A stretch of DNA of 64,000 nucleotides, taken from Symbiobacteriaceae bacterium (GTDB lineage Bacteria > Bacillota > Sulfobacillia > Symbiobacteriales > Symbiobacteriaceae). A model generated the notes under the pieces. That model saw only the letters and a list, made by a program, of their open reading frames with translations, was not told the origin of the DNA and searched no databases. Both the position numbers and the translations under genes were made by a program. Positions within the stretch are counted from its first letter, which is position 1. Each line of letters starts with the position of its first letter. The stretch spans positions 1,751-65,750 of the forward strand of contig DATGYC010000244.1 of assembly GCA_035298385.1 (NCBI GenBank), read 5' to 3'. Below are positions 34,447-42,797 of this stretch, piece after piece.

Positions 34447-36975
34447 TTACTCGCTCTTTGCTTCGCTGGCGGTAGCCTCGCTGGCGGTAGCCTCCAGGGC
34501 GCCCACCGTCTGGGCGTTCGGCTCCGTCCGCTGGAAGACCATGGTGCCATCCTCGTCGACGACCACATGGACCTGCTCGCCCCACTTAAAGGGCTTGCGC
34601 AGCATCTCCTCCGAGAGCGGATCCTCCAGCAGGCGCTGGATCGCCCGGCGGAGCGGACGAGCGCCGTAAGTCGGGTCGTAGCCCTCGGTCACCAGCTTCT
34701 CCAGCGCAGCTTCGGAGATCGTCAGGGTGGCGCCGAGCTCCTTCACCCGCACGGCCACCTTCTTGACCTCCAGGCCAACGATCGACTTCAGGTGCTCCTT
34801 ATCCAGGGCGTGGAAGATGATCAGGTCATCCAGCCGGTTGATAAACTCCGGCCGGAAGAGCTTCTTCACCTCTTCCATCACCCGGGACTTCATCTTGTCA
34901 TGCGCGGCCTCCGAGGACTCAGCCGTAGCAAAGCCGAGTTGCTTGTCGCCGCGGATCACCTGGGCGCCCGCGTTGGACGTCATGATGATCACGGTGTTCC
35001 GGAAGTCGACCGTCCGGCCCTTGGCCTCGGTCAGCCGGCCATCCTCCAACACCTGCAACAGGATGTTGAAGACCTCCGGATGCGCCTTCTCGATCTCATC
35101 GAGCAGGACGACCGAGTAGGGGCGCCGCCGGACCGCCTCCGTCAGCTGGCCGCCCTCATCGTACCCGACGTAGCCAGGCGGGGCGCCAACCAGACGAGAG
35201 GTGGTGTGCCGCTCCATGTACTCGGACATGTCGATCCGAATGACCGCGTCCTCGTCGCCAAAGAGCGCCTCTGCCAGGGCCCGGGCCAGGTGGGTCTTAC
35301 CGGTACCGGTCGGGCCGAGGAAGATGAAGGAGCCGATCGGACGCTTGGGATCCTTCAGGCCCGCACGGGCCCGGCGGATCGCCTTGGAGACCGCCTTGAC
35401 GGCCTCATCCTGACCAACGACCTTCTCGTGCAGAATCGACTCGAGGTTGAGCATGCGGCTCGACTCATCCATGGTCAGCTTGGCGGCCGGGATCCCGGTC
35501 CAGGAGGCGATGATATGGGCGATATCATCCTCCGTCACCGTGGACTTGTTGGTCACCTTCTTCTGCTGCCACTCATGCTTGTGCCGCTCCAGCTCTTCCT
35601 TCAGCTTCGTCTCCTTGTCACGGAGGCGGGCTGCCTTCTCAAACTCCTGACCCTGGACGGCGGCCTCCTTCTCCTTCTTCACCTCATCCAACCGAGCTTC
35701 GAGCTCCTTCAGGTCGGGCGGGGCAACGAAGGTGGAGAGGCGGACCTTGGATGCGGCCTCGTCGATCAAGTCGACCGCCTTGTCCGGCAGGAAGCGGTCG
35801 GTCACGTAGCGATCGGAGAGGCGGACGGCAGCCTCGATGGCGGCGTCCGTGATCTCGACCCGGTGGTGGGCCTCGTAGCGGTCCCGCAGACCCTTCAGGA
35901 TCTGAATCGCATCATCAGCGTCCGGCTCGTCAACCTTGACCGGCTGGAAGCGACGCTCCAGGGCGGAGTCCTTCTCGACGTGCTTCCGGTACTCGTCGAT
36001 CGTGGTCGCACCGATCGCCTGCATCTCACCGCGGGCGAGGGCGGGCTTCAGGATGTTGGAGGCGTCGATGGCGCCCTCGGCTGCACCAGCGCCGATGATC
36101 GTGTGCAGCTCATCGATAAAGAGGATCACGTTGCCAGCCTGGCGGATCTCCTCCATCACCTTCTTGAGCCGCTCCTCGAACTCGCCGCGGTACTTCGAAC
36201 CGGCGACCAGCGAGGCGAGGTCAAGCGAGACGACCCGCTTCTCCTTCAGGATCTCCGGGACACGACCGTCCGTGATCCGCTGGGCGAGGCCCTCGGCGAT
36301 CGCTGTCTTGCCGACGCCGGGCTCACCGATCAGGACTGGGTTGTTCTTCGTCCGGCGGGAGAGGATCTGGATCACCCGCTCGATCTCCTTCTCACGGCCG
36401 ATCACGGGATCCAGCTTGCCATCTCGCGCATGATTGTTCAGATCACGCCCGAACTGGTCGAGCGTGGAGGTGTTCGTCTTACCGGACTTCTGCCCCTTGC
36501 TGCCCGACGGCGCCGGGCTACCGCCCGTTGGGGTCGGGGTACCGCCGAGCAGGTGGACGACCTGGTTGCGGACCCGCTCGAGGTCGGCGTTCAGGTTCTG
36601 CAAGACCTGCGCAGCGACGCCCTCGCCCTCACGGATCAAGCCGAGGAGCAGATGCTCTGTGCCTACGTAGTTATGGCCCAGGAGGCGGGCTTCCTCGATC
36701 GCTAGCTCGACCGTCACCTTCTTGGCTCGGGGCGTAAAGGTGATCTCGCCACGGGTGGAGGCGGTCCCCTTGCCGATCATCTTCTCGACTTCGGAGCGCA
36801 CCTGCTCCAGGGAGATACCGAGGGCCTGCAACGCCTTGGCGGCGAGCCCCTCCCCCTCACGAATCAAGCCGAGAAGCAGATGCTCCGTGCCTACGTAGTC
36901 ATAGTTAAGGCGCCGGGCCTCATCCTGGGCGAGGACAATCACCCGCTGCGCCCGCTCCGTGTACCGGCTGAACAT
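34447..36975 (-). CDS. clpC: ATP-dependent Clp protease ATP-binding subunit ClpC
   Basis: 842 aa. Duplicated Clp_N repeat, two AAA modules ([16 protein letters not shown]), UVR linker. Follows mcsB. Confidence 0.97.
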   Translation of the reverse strand: MFSRYTERAQRVIVLAQDEARRLNYDYVGTEHLLLGLIREGEGLAAKALQALGISLEQVRSEVEKMIGKGTASTRGEITFTPRAKKVTVELAIEEARLLGHNYVGTEHLLLGLIREGEGVAAQVLQNLNADLERVRNQVVHLLGGTPTPTGGSPAPSGSKGQKSGKTNTSTLDQFGRDLNNHARDGKLDPVIGREKEIERVIQILSRRTKNNPVLIGEPGVGKTAIAEGLAQRITDGRVPEILKEKRVVSLDLASLVAGSKYRGEFEERLKKVMEEIRQAGNVILFIDELHTIIGAGAAEGAIDASNILKPALARGEMQAIGATTIDEYRKHVEKDSALERRFQPVKVDEPDADDAIQILKGLRDRYEAHHRVEITDAAIEAAVRLSDRYVTDRFLPDKAVDLIDEAASKVRLSTFVAPPDLKELEARLDEVKKEKEAAVQGQEFEKAARLRDKETKLKEELERHKHEWQQKKVTNKSTVTEDDIAHIIASWTGIPAAKLTMDESSRMLNLESILHEKVVGQDEAVKAVSKAIRRARAGLKDPKRPIGSFIFLGPTGTGKTHLARALAEALFGDEDAVIRIDMSEYMERHTTSRLVGAPPGYVGYDEGGQLTEAVRRRPYSVVLLDEIEKAHPEVFNILLQVLEDGRLTEAKGRTVDFRNTVIIMTSNAGAQVIRGDKQLGFATAESSEAAHDKMKSRVMEEVKKLFRPEFINRLDDLIIFHALDKEHLKSIVGLEVKKVAVRVKELGATLTISEAALEKLVTEGYDPTYGARPLRRAIQRLLEDPLSEEMLRKPFKWGEQVHVVVDEDGTMVFQRTEPNAQTVGALEATASEATASEAKSE

Positions 36976-37072
36976 GAGTCATAACCCCCTTCTGATCTCT
37001 TTACTATACGTGAATGCGCTCCTGCAGCGCTTGGTACTTGTACGTCTCTTCAGAACTGCACGGAGATACGCC

Positions 37073-38134
37073 CTAGTGGGCTGCCAACCGCTCCCGAATC
37101 AACTGTGCCCTGCGCACATCGCGTGCGACGGCGTCCAGCTCCTCCCCTGCCTGCTTCTGCAGGAAGGCGGGCTGCATCTGGATCATCAGCTCATTCAGCA
37201 GGCGGACATTCAGTTCCGGGAATAGACCGAGATCGACGCCCAATCGAACGTCGGAGAGGAAGCGCATCGCTTCATTCGAGGTGATGATCCGGGCATTAGC
37301 CAGGACCCCATAGGAGCGACAGACCTGATCCTCAACGTGGAGCTTGTTCTCTCGGTACAGGTGGGCCCGGGACTCCTTCTCCAACTCGACAACCTTGGCC
37401 CCAACGACCTGAAGGGCCTGGACGATCTCTTCTTCCGACTTGCCAAGGGAGTTCTGATTGGAGATCTGGAAGATCTGGCCGGAGGCTTCGGTCCCCTCAC
37501 CATAGAGGCCCCGAACAACGAGACCCAGCTGGGCGAGGTGGCGGAAGAGATGACCGGCCTGCTGGGTTAGAACAAGCCCGGGGAGGTGGGCCATCAGGGA
37601 GGCACGCATCCCGGTACCCAGGTTGGTGGGACATGCGGTCAGGTAGCCCCGCTGCGGGTGGAAGGCGTAGGAGAGCTTCTGCTCCAGGGCGTCATCCACC
37701 AGGTTGACAGTCTGCCAGGTCTCCTCGAGCTGCAGGCCAGGGGCCAGGCACTGAATCCGCAGGTGGTCCTCTTCATTGACCATGATCGAGACCGCTTCAT
37801 CCCCAGAGATGGCGACGGCTTTGCCCTGGACCTCCCCCGCCTGCTGCGGGGAGATCAGATGCTTGTCGACCAGGACCTGGCGATCGAGCGAGGGGCGATC
37901 GGCTAGGCGGTAGAGTTCGACCTTCGATGGTAGCCCCATCAGGTTGATCTCCTTTACCCCTGTCTCGACCTGTTTGATCACATTCTCAGCCTGGGAGTCC
38001 GGTAGTCGATGTGGGAAAGGGACCTGATCGAGGTTCCGGGCCAGGCGAATTCGGCTGGAGAGGACGACCTCCGGGTAGGGCCCGGTGGCCTCGGTCCAAC
38101 GGCTTGCCGGCTTCGTTACCAGCTGATTCCACAT
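37073..38134 (-). CDS. mcsB: Protein arginine kinase McsB
   Basis: ATP:guanido phosphotransferase motifs (CPTNLGTGMRASL). ATG at 38134 lies 4 nt after the mcsA stop; the tracked ORF over-extends into mcsA. Confidence 0.92.
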   Translation of the reverse strand: MWNQLVTKPASRWTEATGPYPEVVLSSRIRLARNLDQVPFPHRLPDSQAENVIKQVETGVKEINLMGLPSKVELYRLADRPSLDRQVLVDKHLISPQQAGEVQGKAVAISGDEAVSIMVNEEDHLRIQCLAPGLQLEETWQTVNLVDDALEQKLSYAFHPQRGYLTACPTNLGTGMRASLMAHLPGLVLTQQAGHLFRHLAQLGLVVRGLYGEGTEASGQIFQISNQNSLGKSEEEIVQALQVVGAKVVELEKESRAHLYRENKLHVEDQVCRSYGVLANARIITSNEAMRFLSDVRLGVDLGLFPELNVRLLNELMIQMQPAFLQKQAGEELDAVARDVRRAQLIRERLAAH

Positions 38135-38138
38135 GACC

Positions 38139-38669
38139 CTACTTCCCCCCTGCCTGAAGCTGGGTCTCCAGCTCCTTGATTCGGTCTCTGAGCCTTGCGG
38201 CCTCCTCAAACTTCTCAGCCGATATGGCCTGTTGGAGCGCCACCCGGGCGCCCGAGAGCTCCCGCTGCATCCGCACCAGGCCCCCCGTCCGCTTGGGCGC
38301 CTTGCCCTGGTGGGTCTCTGCGCCGTGGATGCGTTTGATCAGCGGGGCGAGGTGTGGCCCAAGTTCGTCGTAGCAACGAGCACAACCCAGCCGACCGGTC
38401 TCAGCGAACTGGCTATAGGTCATGCCGCAGTGGGAGCAGGTCGGTTCAGCCTGCCGGACCGGGGTGCCGCCCCCTGCAAACGGGTTGGCGCCCTGACCGA
38501 GGAAGGAGGCGAGCAGTTGCTGAATCGAGAGGTTGGGGAGCCCGGTGGCGCCCCCTTGGGTGGCGCAGTTTTCACAGAGATGGCTCTCCTGCTTCTGTCC
38601 GTTAACAATCACCGTCTGGTGGTACGCGGCGGGACGGCTCCCGCACCGCTGACACTGCATCTTCTTCAC
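38139..38669 (-). CDS. mcsA: McsA (UvrB/C-motif, zinc-finger activator of McsB)
   Basis: CxxC pairs (CQRCGS, CENC, CSHCG, CARC) and a C-terminal UVR motif (FEEAARLRDRIKELE). The start may be the ATG at 38660 rather than the GTG at 38669. Confidence 0.9.
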   Translation of the reverse strand: MKKMQCQRCGSRPAAYHQTVIVNGQKQESHLCENCATQGGATGLPNLSIQQLLASFLGQGANPFAGGGTPVRQAEPTCSHCGMTYSQFAETGRLGCARCYDELGPHLAPLIKRIHGAETHQGKAPKRTGGLVRMQRELSGARVALQQAISAEKFEEAARLRDRIKELETQLQAGGK

Positions 38670-38676
38670 ACCCCTG

Positions 38677-39132
38677 CTAGTGACGTGAAAGAGCCAAGAG
38701 CATAGCCTTCAGAACCGTGGCTCGGATTCGCTCGGCGTAGGGTGGGTCCATCGCAAGACTCTCTTGCATGAGGGCCGCAGCCATAATGCTGGCCTCCCGC
38801 TCGGTCACCAACTTCCGCTCCAGGAGGAACGAGAGCATGGCGTACCCATCCTCTTGGGTGAGCCGTTGCCCGATGCGTTGGTGGACCAAGGTATGGAGCG
38901 CCTCGCCCTTCTCCATGTTTAACCGGACGATGCGAATGTAGCCACCGCCACCGCGCCGACTTTCGACTACGTAACCGTGGACCGGGGTAAAGCGGGTGGT
39001 CATGACGTAGTTGATCTGGGACGGGGCGCAGTTGAACTTGGAGGCGAGCATTGCACGCTGGATCTCAACGGTGCTGCTCTCTCGGAGCAGTCGCTTCAGG
39101 AAGGCTTCAATGTCGTCCGCGAGGTTGGCCAT
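38677..39132 (-). CDS. ctsR: Class III stress-gene repressor CtsR
   Basis: 151 aa. MANLADDIEAFLKRLL...IQRAMLASKFNCAPSQINYVMTTRFT...GYVVESRRGGGGYIRI is the typical CtsR pattern. Confidence 0.95.
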   Translation of the reverse strand: MANLADDIEAFLKRLLRESSTVEIQRAMLASKFNCAPSQINYVMTTRFTPVHGYVVESRRGGGGYIRIVRLNMEKGEALHTLVHQRIGQRLTQEDGYAMLSFLLERKLVTEREASIMAAALMQESLAMDPPYAERIRATVLKAMLLALSRH

Positions 39133-39147
39133 GATCCGCCCCCTTCG

Positions 39148-39164
39148 TTTGACGTTCTCTGACC
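39148..39164 (-). promoter_or_regulatory. CtsR operator 1
   Basis: Minus strand GGTCAGAgaaCGTCAAA, versus the consensus (A/G)GTCAAAnAn(A/G)GTCAAA. Lies 3 nt downstream of the putative -10. Confidence 0.6.
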
Positions 39165-39166
39165 TT

Positions 39167-39195
39167 AATGTAACCCGCTACTCCGACATCTGCAA
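39167..39195 (-). promoter_or_regulatory. Candidate ctsR operon promoter
   Basis: Minus strand reads TTGCAG (39190-95), 17-nt spacer, TACATT (39167-72). Confidence 0.45.
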
Positions 39196-39263
39196 CGGCT
39201 ATCATGGGCTATTTTGCGCGATTCTGTTCGGTTTTCTTGGCCGGAGGCGATGAATCGCGAGTT

Positions 39264-39280
39264 TCTGACCTTCTTTGACG
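39264..39280 (-). promoter_or_regulatory. CtsR operator 2
   Basis: Minus strand CGTCAAAgaaGGTCAGA heptad direct repeat, about 70 nt upstream of the promoter. Confidence 0.5.
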
Positions 39281-39292
39281 TTGTTTGTTGTA

Positions 39293-39321
39293 GACGGGGC
39301 GCCTGGATGGGGCGCCCCGTC
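39293..39321 (+). terminator. Orphan terminator-like hairpin (GGCGCC-cored)
   Basis: Perfect 11-bp stem GACGGGGCGCC / GGCGCCCCGTC followed by TGCTTGTTCCCTTTTGTTT. No plus-strand gene lies upstream. Confidence 0.4.
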
Positions 39322-39345
39322 TGCTTGTTCCCTTTTGTTTAGGTT

Positions 39346-39597
39346 ATGTCTGCTTGGCTATACTCAACGGTTGAGGTGATGAGCGCCGTGGACTGGATCT
39401 CGATCGATGAGGTGGCTGGGCTTCTGCAGTGTAGCCCAAACACGCTGCGACGAAACGAGACGCCAGATGGGCGCTACTGCGCGATTATGGGCTCCTACAT
39501 TCGAGTCTGGCGGATCCGTCAGGGCGTGAATTGGCAGCGACGGTACAGCCGGACGGAAGTTTTGCAGCTACGTAGACGGATGACGGCCCGTCTCTAG
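39346..39597 (+). CDS. Small HTH protein (MerR/excisionase-like), paralog 1
   Basis: WISIDEVAGLLQCSPNTLRRNETPDGRYCAIMGSYIRVWRIRQGVNWQRRYSRTEVLQLRRRM. Start uncertain (39346, or the ATG near 39379). Confidence 0.5.
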   Translation: MSAWLYSTVEVMSAVDWISIDEVAGLLQCSPNTLRRNETPDGRYCAIMGSYIRVWRIRQGVNWQRRYSRTEVLQLRRRMTARL

Positions 39598-39791
39598 CCC
39601 CGAATGAAGGCCGCAATGACCGTAGCCGCTGCCGTAATCAACGTGCCGGCCAGCCCGATCAGGGCGATTTGGATGCCGGGGTTCTCTCGTAGCCAGGTGC
39701 GGAGACTCCCGCCCCTCTTCTTATTCGCCTGGTCTTTTCGGTTGGCCACTGGCGCCCCTTCCTTTCGAAAGTTGGTGTTATTGACGTTCAT
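39594..39791 (-). CDS. Possible small tail-anchored membrane protein, 65 aa
   Basis: MNVNNTNFRKEGAPVANRKDQANKKRGGSLRTWLRENPGIQIALIGLAGTLITAAATVIAAFIRG. G/C-biased third positions, but no clear RBS. Its ATG overlaps the ATG of the divergent HTH gene. Confidence 0.3.
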   Translation of the reverse strand: MNVNNTNFRKEGAPVANRKDQANKKRGGSLRTWLRENPGIQIALIGLAGTLITAAATVIAAFIRG

Positions 39792-39996
39792 GGATCTTGT
39801 CAACAGCCGCGTTGCCGCAGCCATGCTTGGCATCTCACCAACCACCTTGCGATCGTACGAGGATCATTCAGGCAGGTTTGTCCGGATCTATGGCTCGAAG
39901 CTTCATGTTTATCGAATCGGTAGTAGCCCCAGTTCTCAACGGCGGTACGATCGTGACGAGATCAAGCGCCTCATTCGCCAGATGAGATTGTACTGA
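39790..39996 (+). CDS. Small HTH protein (MerR/excisionase-like), paralog 2
   Basis: MDLVNSRVAAAMLGISPTTLRSYEDHSGRFVRIYGSKLHVYRIGSSPSSQRRYDRDEIKRLIRQM aligns along its length with paralog 1. The tracked ORF (from 39604) is antisense overprint. Confidence 0.5.
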   Translation: MDLVNSRVAAAMLGISPTTLRSYEDHSGRFVRIYGSKLHVYRIGSSPSSQRRYDRDEIKRLIRQMRLY

Positions 39997-40118
39997 GGTA
40001 TACGACGGTTATCCCTGCAATATGTCTCCTCTCTGCACGTTGCTCATGGCTCCCGCGGCACAGGAGTCGTGGCACCCGTATGCCTATCTGTACGACCCTA
40101 AACTGAAGAAAATGCGAA

Positions 40119-40149
40119 GAGGGCGCCCCCTTCCGCCGGGGGCGCCCTC
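40119..40149. terminator. Bidirectional terminator (GGCGCC-cored)
   Basis: 12-bp stem GAGGGCGCCCCC / GGGGGCGCCCTC with T-rich tracts on both strands. Lies between the HTH gene and the convergent methyltransferase gene. Confidence 0.65.
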
Positions 40150-40158
40150 ATTTGTCTG

Positions 40159-41334
40159 CTAGAGAACCTCGTAGATCAGGCACTTCAGGTAGTGGCTCTC
40201 CGGGTAGCCCACGACGATCGGGTGGTCCGGGGCCTGGGCCCGCACCTCGACCAGGCGAAGCCGCCGGCGAGCATCAAAGGCCGCATCCTCCACTACTGCC
40301 TGGAAGAGGTCCGGGTTCATGTGGTAGGAGCAGGAGCAGGTGACCAGGAAGCCGCCCTCCGGCAGCATCTTCATGGCACGGAGGTTGATCTCCTTGTAGC
40401 CGCGAGCGGCACCTTCGAGGGCGCCCTTGTTCTTGGCAAAGGCGGGCGGGTCCAGGACGATCAGGTCGAACTGCTGCCGCTCGCTCTCCAGCCGGCGGAG
40501 GATGTCAAAGGCGTTCCCCTCCTCAAGCCGAATCTGGTTCTGCAGCCCGTTCAGCTCCGCGTTCGCCCGAACAGCCTGAAGCGCCTCGGCCGAAGCATCG
40601 ACCGCCAGGACCTCGCCCGCGCCAGCCGCAGCGGCGTTGAGGGCGAAGCCGCCCACGTTCGAGAAGCAATCCAGGACCCGGTCGCCCGGCCGGATGAACT
40701 TGCGAATCGCAAAGCGGTTCTCCCGCTGATCCAGGAAGTAGCCGGTCTTCTGGCCCTCAGCTACGTCAACCTGCATCTTCAGGCCATTCTCCGTGATCAC
40801 GAGCTTCGGATCAAACTCGCCGGTCAAGAAGCCCTTCCGTTGCTGCAGGCCCTCCAGCTCACGGACCGGAACGTCATTGCGCTCGTAGATGCCGCGCGGC
40901 TGGATCACGTCGTTAAGGGCTTCGACGATCTCGTCCAGCCACCGCTCGATGCCGAGGGCGAGCGACTGGATCACGAGGATGTCGCCGAACTTGTCGACGA
41001 TCAGGCCGGGGAGGAAGTCGGCCTCACCAAAGATGACCCGGCAGGAGTCGGTATCCTTCAGAACGCGCTGCCGGTACTGCCAGGCGCGCTCGATCCGCCG
41101 GCGAATGAAGGCGGCGTCGATCGGCTCATCGTGGCTGGTCATCATTCGGACGATGATCTGGGACTTCGGGTTGATGTAGCCCTTGCCGAGGAACATTCCT
41201 CGGTTGCCGACCACGCTGACAATATCACCGGGCTGGTAGTCGCCCCGGATGTTCTCTACCTCAGACTGAAAGACCCAGGGGTGACCATGGAGCACCCGCT
41301 CGTGGCGGCCCCGGGCCAGATTAACGACGGCCAT
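40159..41334 (-). CDS. RlmI-like class I SAM-dependent rRNA (m5C) methyltransferase with a PUA domain
   Basis: 391 aa from the ATG at 41334 (GAGGAGGA upstream). GHPWVF N-terminal motif, VLDCFSNVGGFAL SAM motif, DPPAF catalytic motif. Confidence 0.85.
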   Translation of the reverse strand: MAVVNLARGRHERVLHGHPWVFQSEVENIRGDYQPGDIVSVVGNRGMFLGKGYINPKSQIIVRMMTSHDEPIDAAFIRRRIERAWQYRQRVLKDTDSCRVIFGEADFLPGLIVDKFGDILVIQSLALGIERWLDEIVEALNDVIQPRGIYERNDVPVRELEGLQQRKGFLTGEFDPKLVITENGLKMQVDVAEGQKTGYFLDQRENRFAIRKFIRPGDRVLDCFSNVGGFALNAAAAGAGEVLAVDASAEALQAVRANAELNGLQNQIRLEEGNAFDILRRLESERQQFDLIVLDPPAFAKNKGALEGAARGYKEINLRAMKMLPEGGFLVTCSCSYHMNPDLFQAVVEDAAFDARRRLRLVEVRAQAPDHPIVVGYPESHYLKCLIYEVL

Positions 41335-41456
41335 AGCTGAATCGTCCTCCTCTTTCCATACCCACCTATAATCCTTGTTTTTCCTGAGGGCGTCAAGGGT
41401 AGTCAGGGTAGGCACCCGAATTCCAAACGTCACTCTGCGCAAAAGGGGTGGTACCC

Positions 41457-42482
41457 GTGAAGCGACTGGGTTGGCGCGGTCTCTTGCTCCTCGTTACCGG
41501 TCTGTTGCTGGCCATCCTGCCAGCAATCAGCTTCGCCCATGACCTCTTTACCAGCACCTACACGGAGGGTGGCGTGAAGATCCGGATCGACGGCATTGAC
41601 CTGCAGTATGATCCAGCTCCGTACATCGCGCCGCCGGGTCGGACGATGGTCCCGATGCGCGGACTCTTTGAGTCGCTGGGCGCCCAGGTCGAATGGGTGG
41701 CGGAGACGCAGACGATCCTAGCGACACGCGGTGACCGGGCGATTCAGCTGCGAATCGGCTCCAACGTGGCCTACGTCGATGGTGTAGCCCGGCCGATGGA
41801 CGTGGCACCGGCGATCCAGCAAGAACGGACCTACGTCCCGCTCCGGTTCGTGGCCGAGGCGCTGAACGCCTCCGTCAACTGGGACCCGCGGGAGCAGAAG
41901 GCTTCGATTACCTCCTCCAGCACGCGGTTGCCGACCCTGGATCTTGCCGATGGCACCAAGTTGCACTACCGGCTGACCATGGTCCAGCTCGCGATGCAGC
42001 GCCAACTGACGGTACAGATCGAGCAGCGGGAAGCCTTCCCGGGCGCCGCCTTGATCAAGATCTATGATCCCGCGCAGCCGGAACTGGCCCTTCGGCTGGA
42101 GCGTAACCAACTGGCCGACTCTAGCAAGCTTCTCCCGACCAATCTGGCGATCGACGGCTCGGAGACGGCGCCCTGGATCTCCCGCGCGGTCTTCCGGACG
42201 CTCGTCAACGATAGCCAGGGGGCGACGGCTACTCTGGGCGGCCTGGCTCAGCAGGCTCAGGAGCCGGCAATGATGTCGCTGGAGGAGTCGACCACCTTTG
42301 TGCTGACGCTCCATGGCGTGCGCGTTGCTGTGCCGGCCCTTGTGGTCTTGACGCCCAATGGCGATCGTCTCTGGGTGCTGGATGACGCCAACAACCCGCT
42401 TGTCCTGAAGGTTGAGGCGGTCGGCGCACCGATCGAGGGCGCCCCGGCCACCTACGGTCTGCAGCTCGAGCAGGTGGAGTAG
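41457..42482 (+). CDS. Secreted protein with a copper-amine-oxidase N-terminal-like (stalk) domain
   Basis: Signal peptide (LLLLVTGLLLAILPAISFA). GRTMVPMRGLFESLGAQVEW...ERTYVPLRFVAEALNASVNWD is the Cu_amine_oxidN1 repeat pattern. The C-terminal ~200 aa are unassigned. Confidence 0.7.
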   Translation: MKRLGWRGLLLLVTGLLLAILPAISFAHDLFTSTYTEGGVKIRIDGIDLQYDPAPYIAPPGRTMVPMRGLFESLGAQVEWVAETQTILATRGDRAIQLRIGSNVAYVDGVARPMDVAPAIQQERTYVPLRFVAEALNASVNWDPREQKASITSSSTRLPTLDLADGTKLHYRLTMVQLAMQRQLTVQIEQREAFPGAALIKIYDPAQPELALRLERNQLADSSKLLPTNLAIDGSETAPWISRAVFRTLVNDSQGATATLGGLAQQAQEPAMMSLEESTTFVLTLHGVRVAVPALVVLTPNGDRLWVLDDANNPLVLKVEAVGAPIEGAPATYGLQLEQVE

Positions 42483-42517
42483 GGCTAAGTACGGGTATCC
42501 TACCTCCGCAAGGAGGG

Positions 42518-42757
42518 ATGGAGATGACGAAGAATCGACAGCGCGAGTCGGTCAGCGTGGATAACACCGGCAACTACGCCACCGGTCATACCTTACAGGC
42601 CGCCTCTGACCTGAAGGAGATCGGGCACGCAGTCCGGGAGACCATCTATGACCGGACGCACCAGGAGACTGCGACGACGGATGGGTTGCCGGGCGCCCAA
42701 GCGGCCGCTGACCACCCGCACACGGGTTCGCAGCAAGGCGGGAGATCCGGCAAGTAA
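42518..42757 (+). CDS. Hypothetical small hydrophilic protein, 79 aa
   Basis: AAGGAGGG RBS directly before the ATG. Terminator hairpin at 42764-42790. Confidence 0.5.
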   Translation: MEMTKNRQRESVSVDNTGNYATGHTLQAASDLKEIGHAVRETIYDRTHQETATTDGLPGAQAAADHPHTGSQQGGRSGK

Positions 42758-42763
42758 GAGGAT

Positions 42764-42790
42764 GGCCCTGGGGAGCAACTCCCCAGGGCC
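42764..42790. terminator. Bidirectional terminator
   Basis: Stem GGCCCTGGGGAG / CTCCCCAGGGCC between convergent genes. Confidence 0.6.
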
Positions 42791-42797
42791 GTTCCCT

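Noticed and set aside
39604-39789. N-terminal 62 codons of the tracked 130-aa ORF (39604-39996)
   Set aside because: Only the last 68 residues align with the upstream HTH paralog. The first part mirrors the opposite-strand membrane ORF and looks like overprint.
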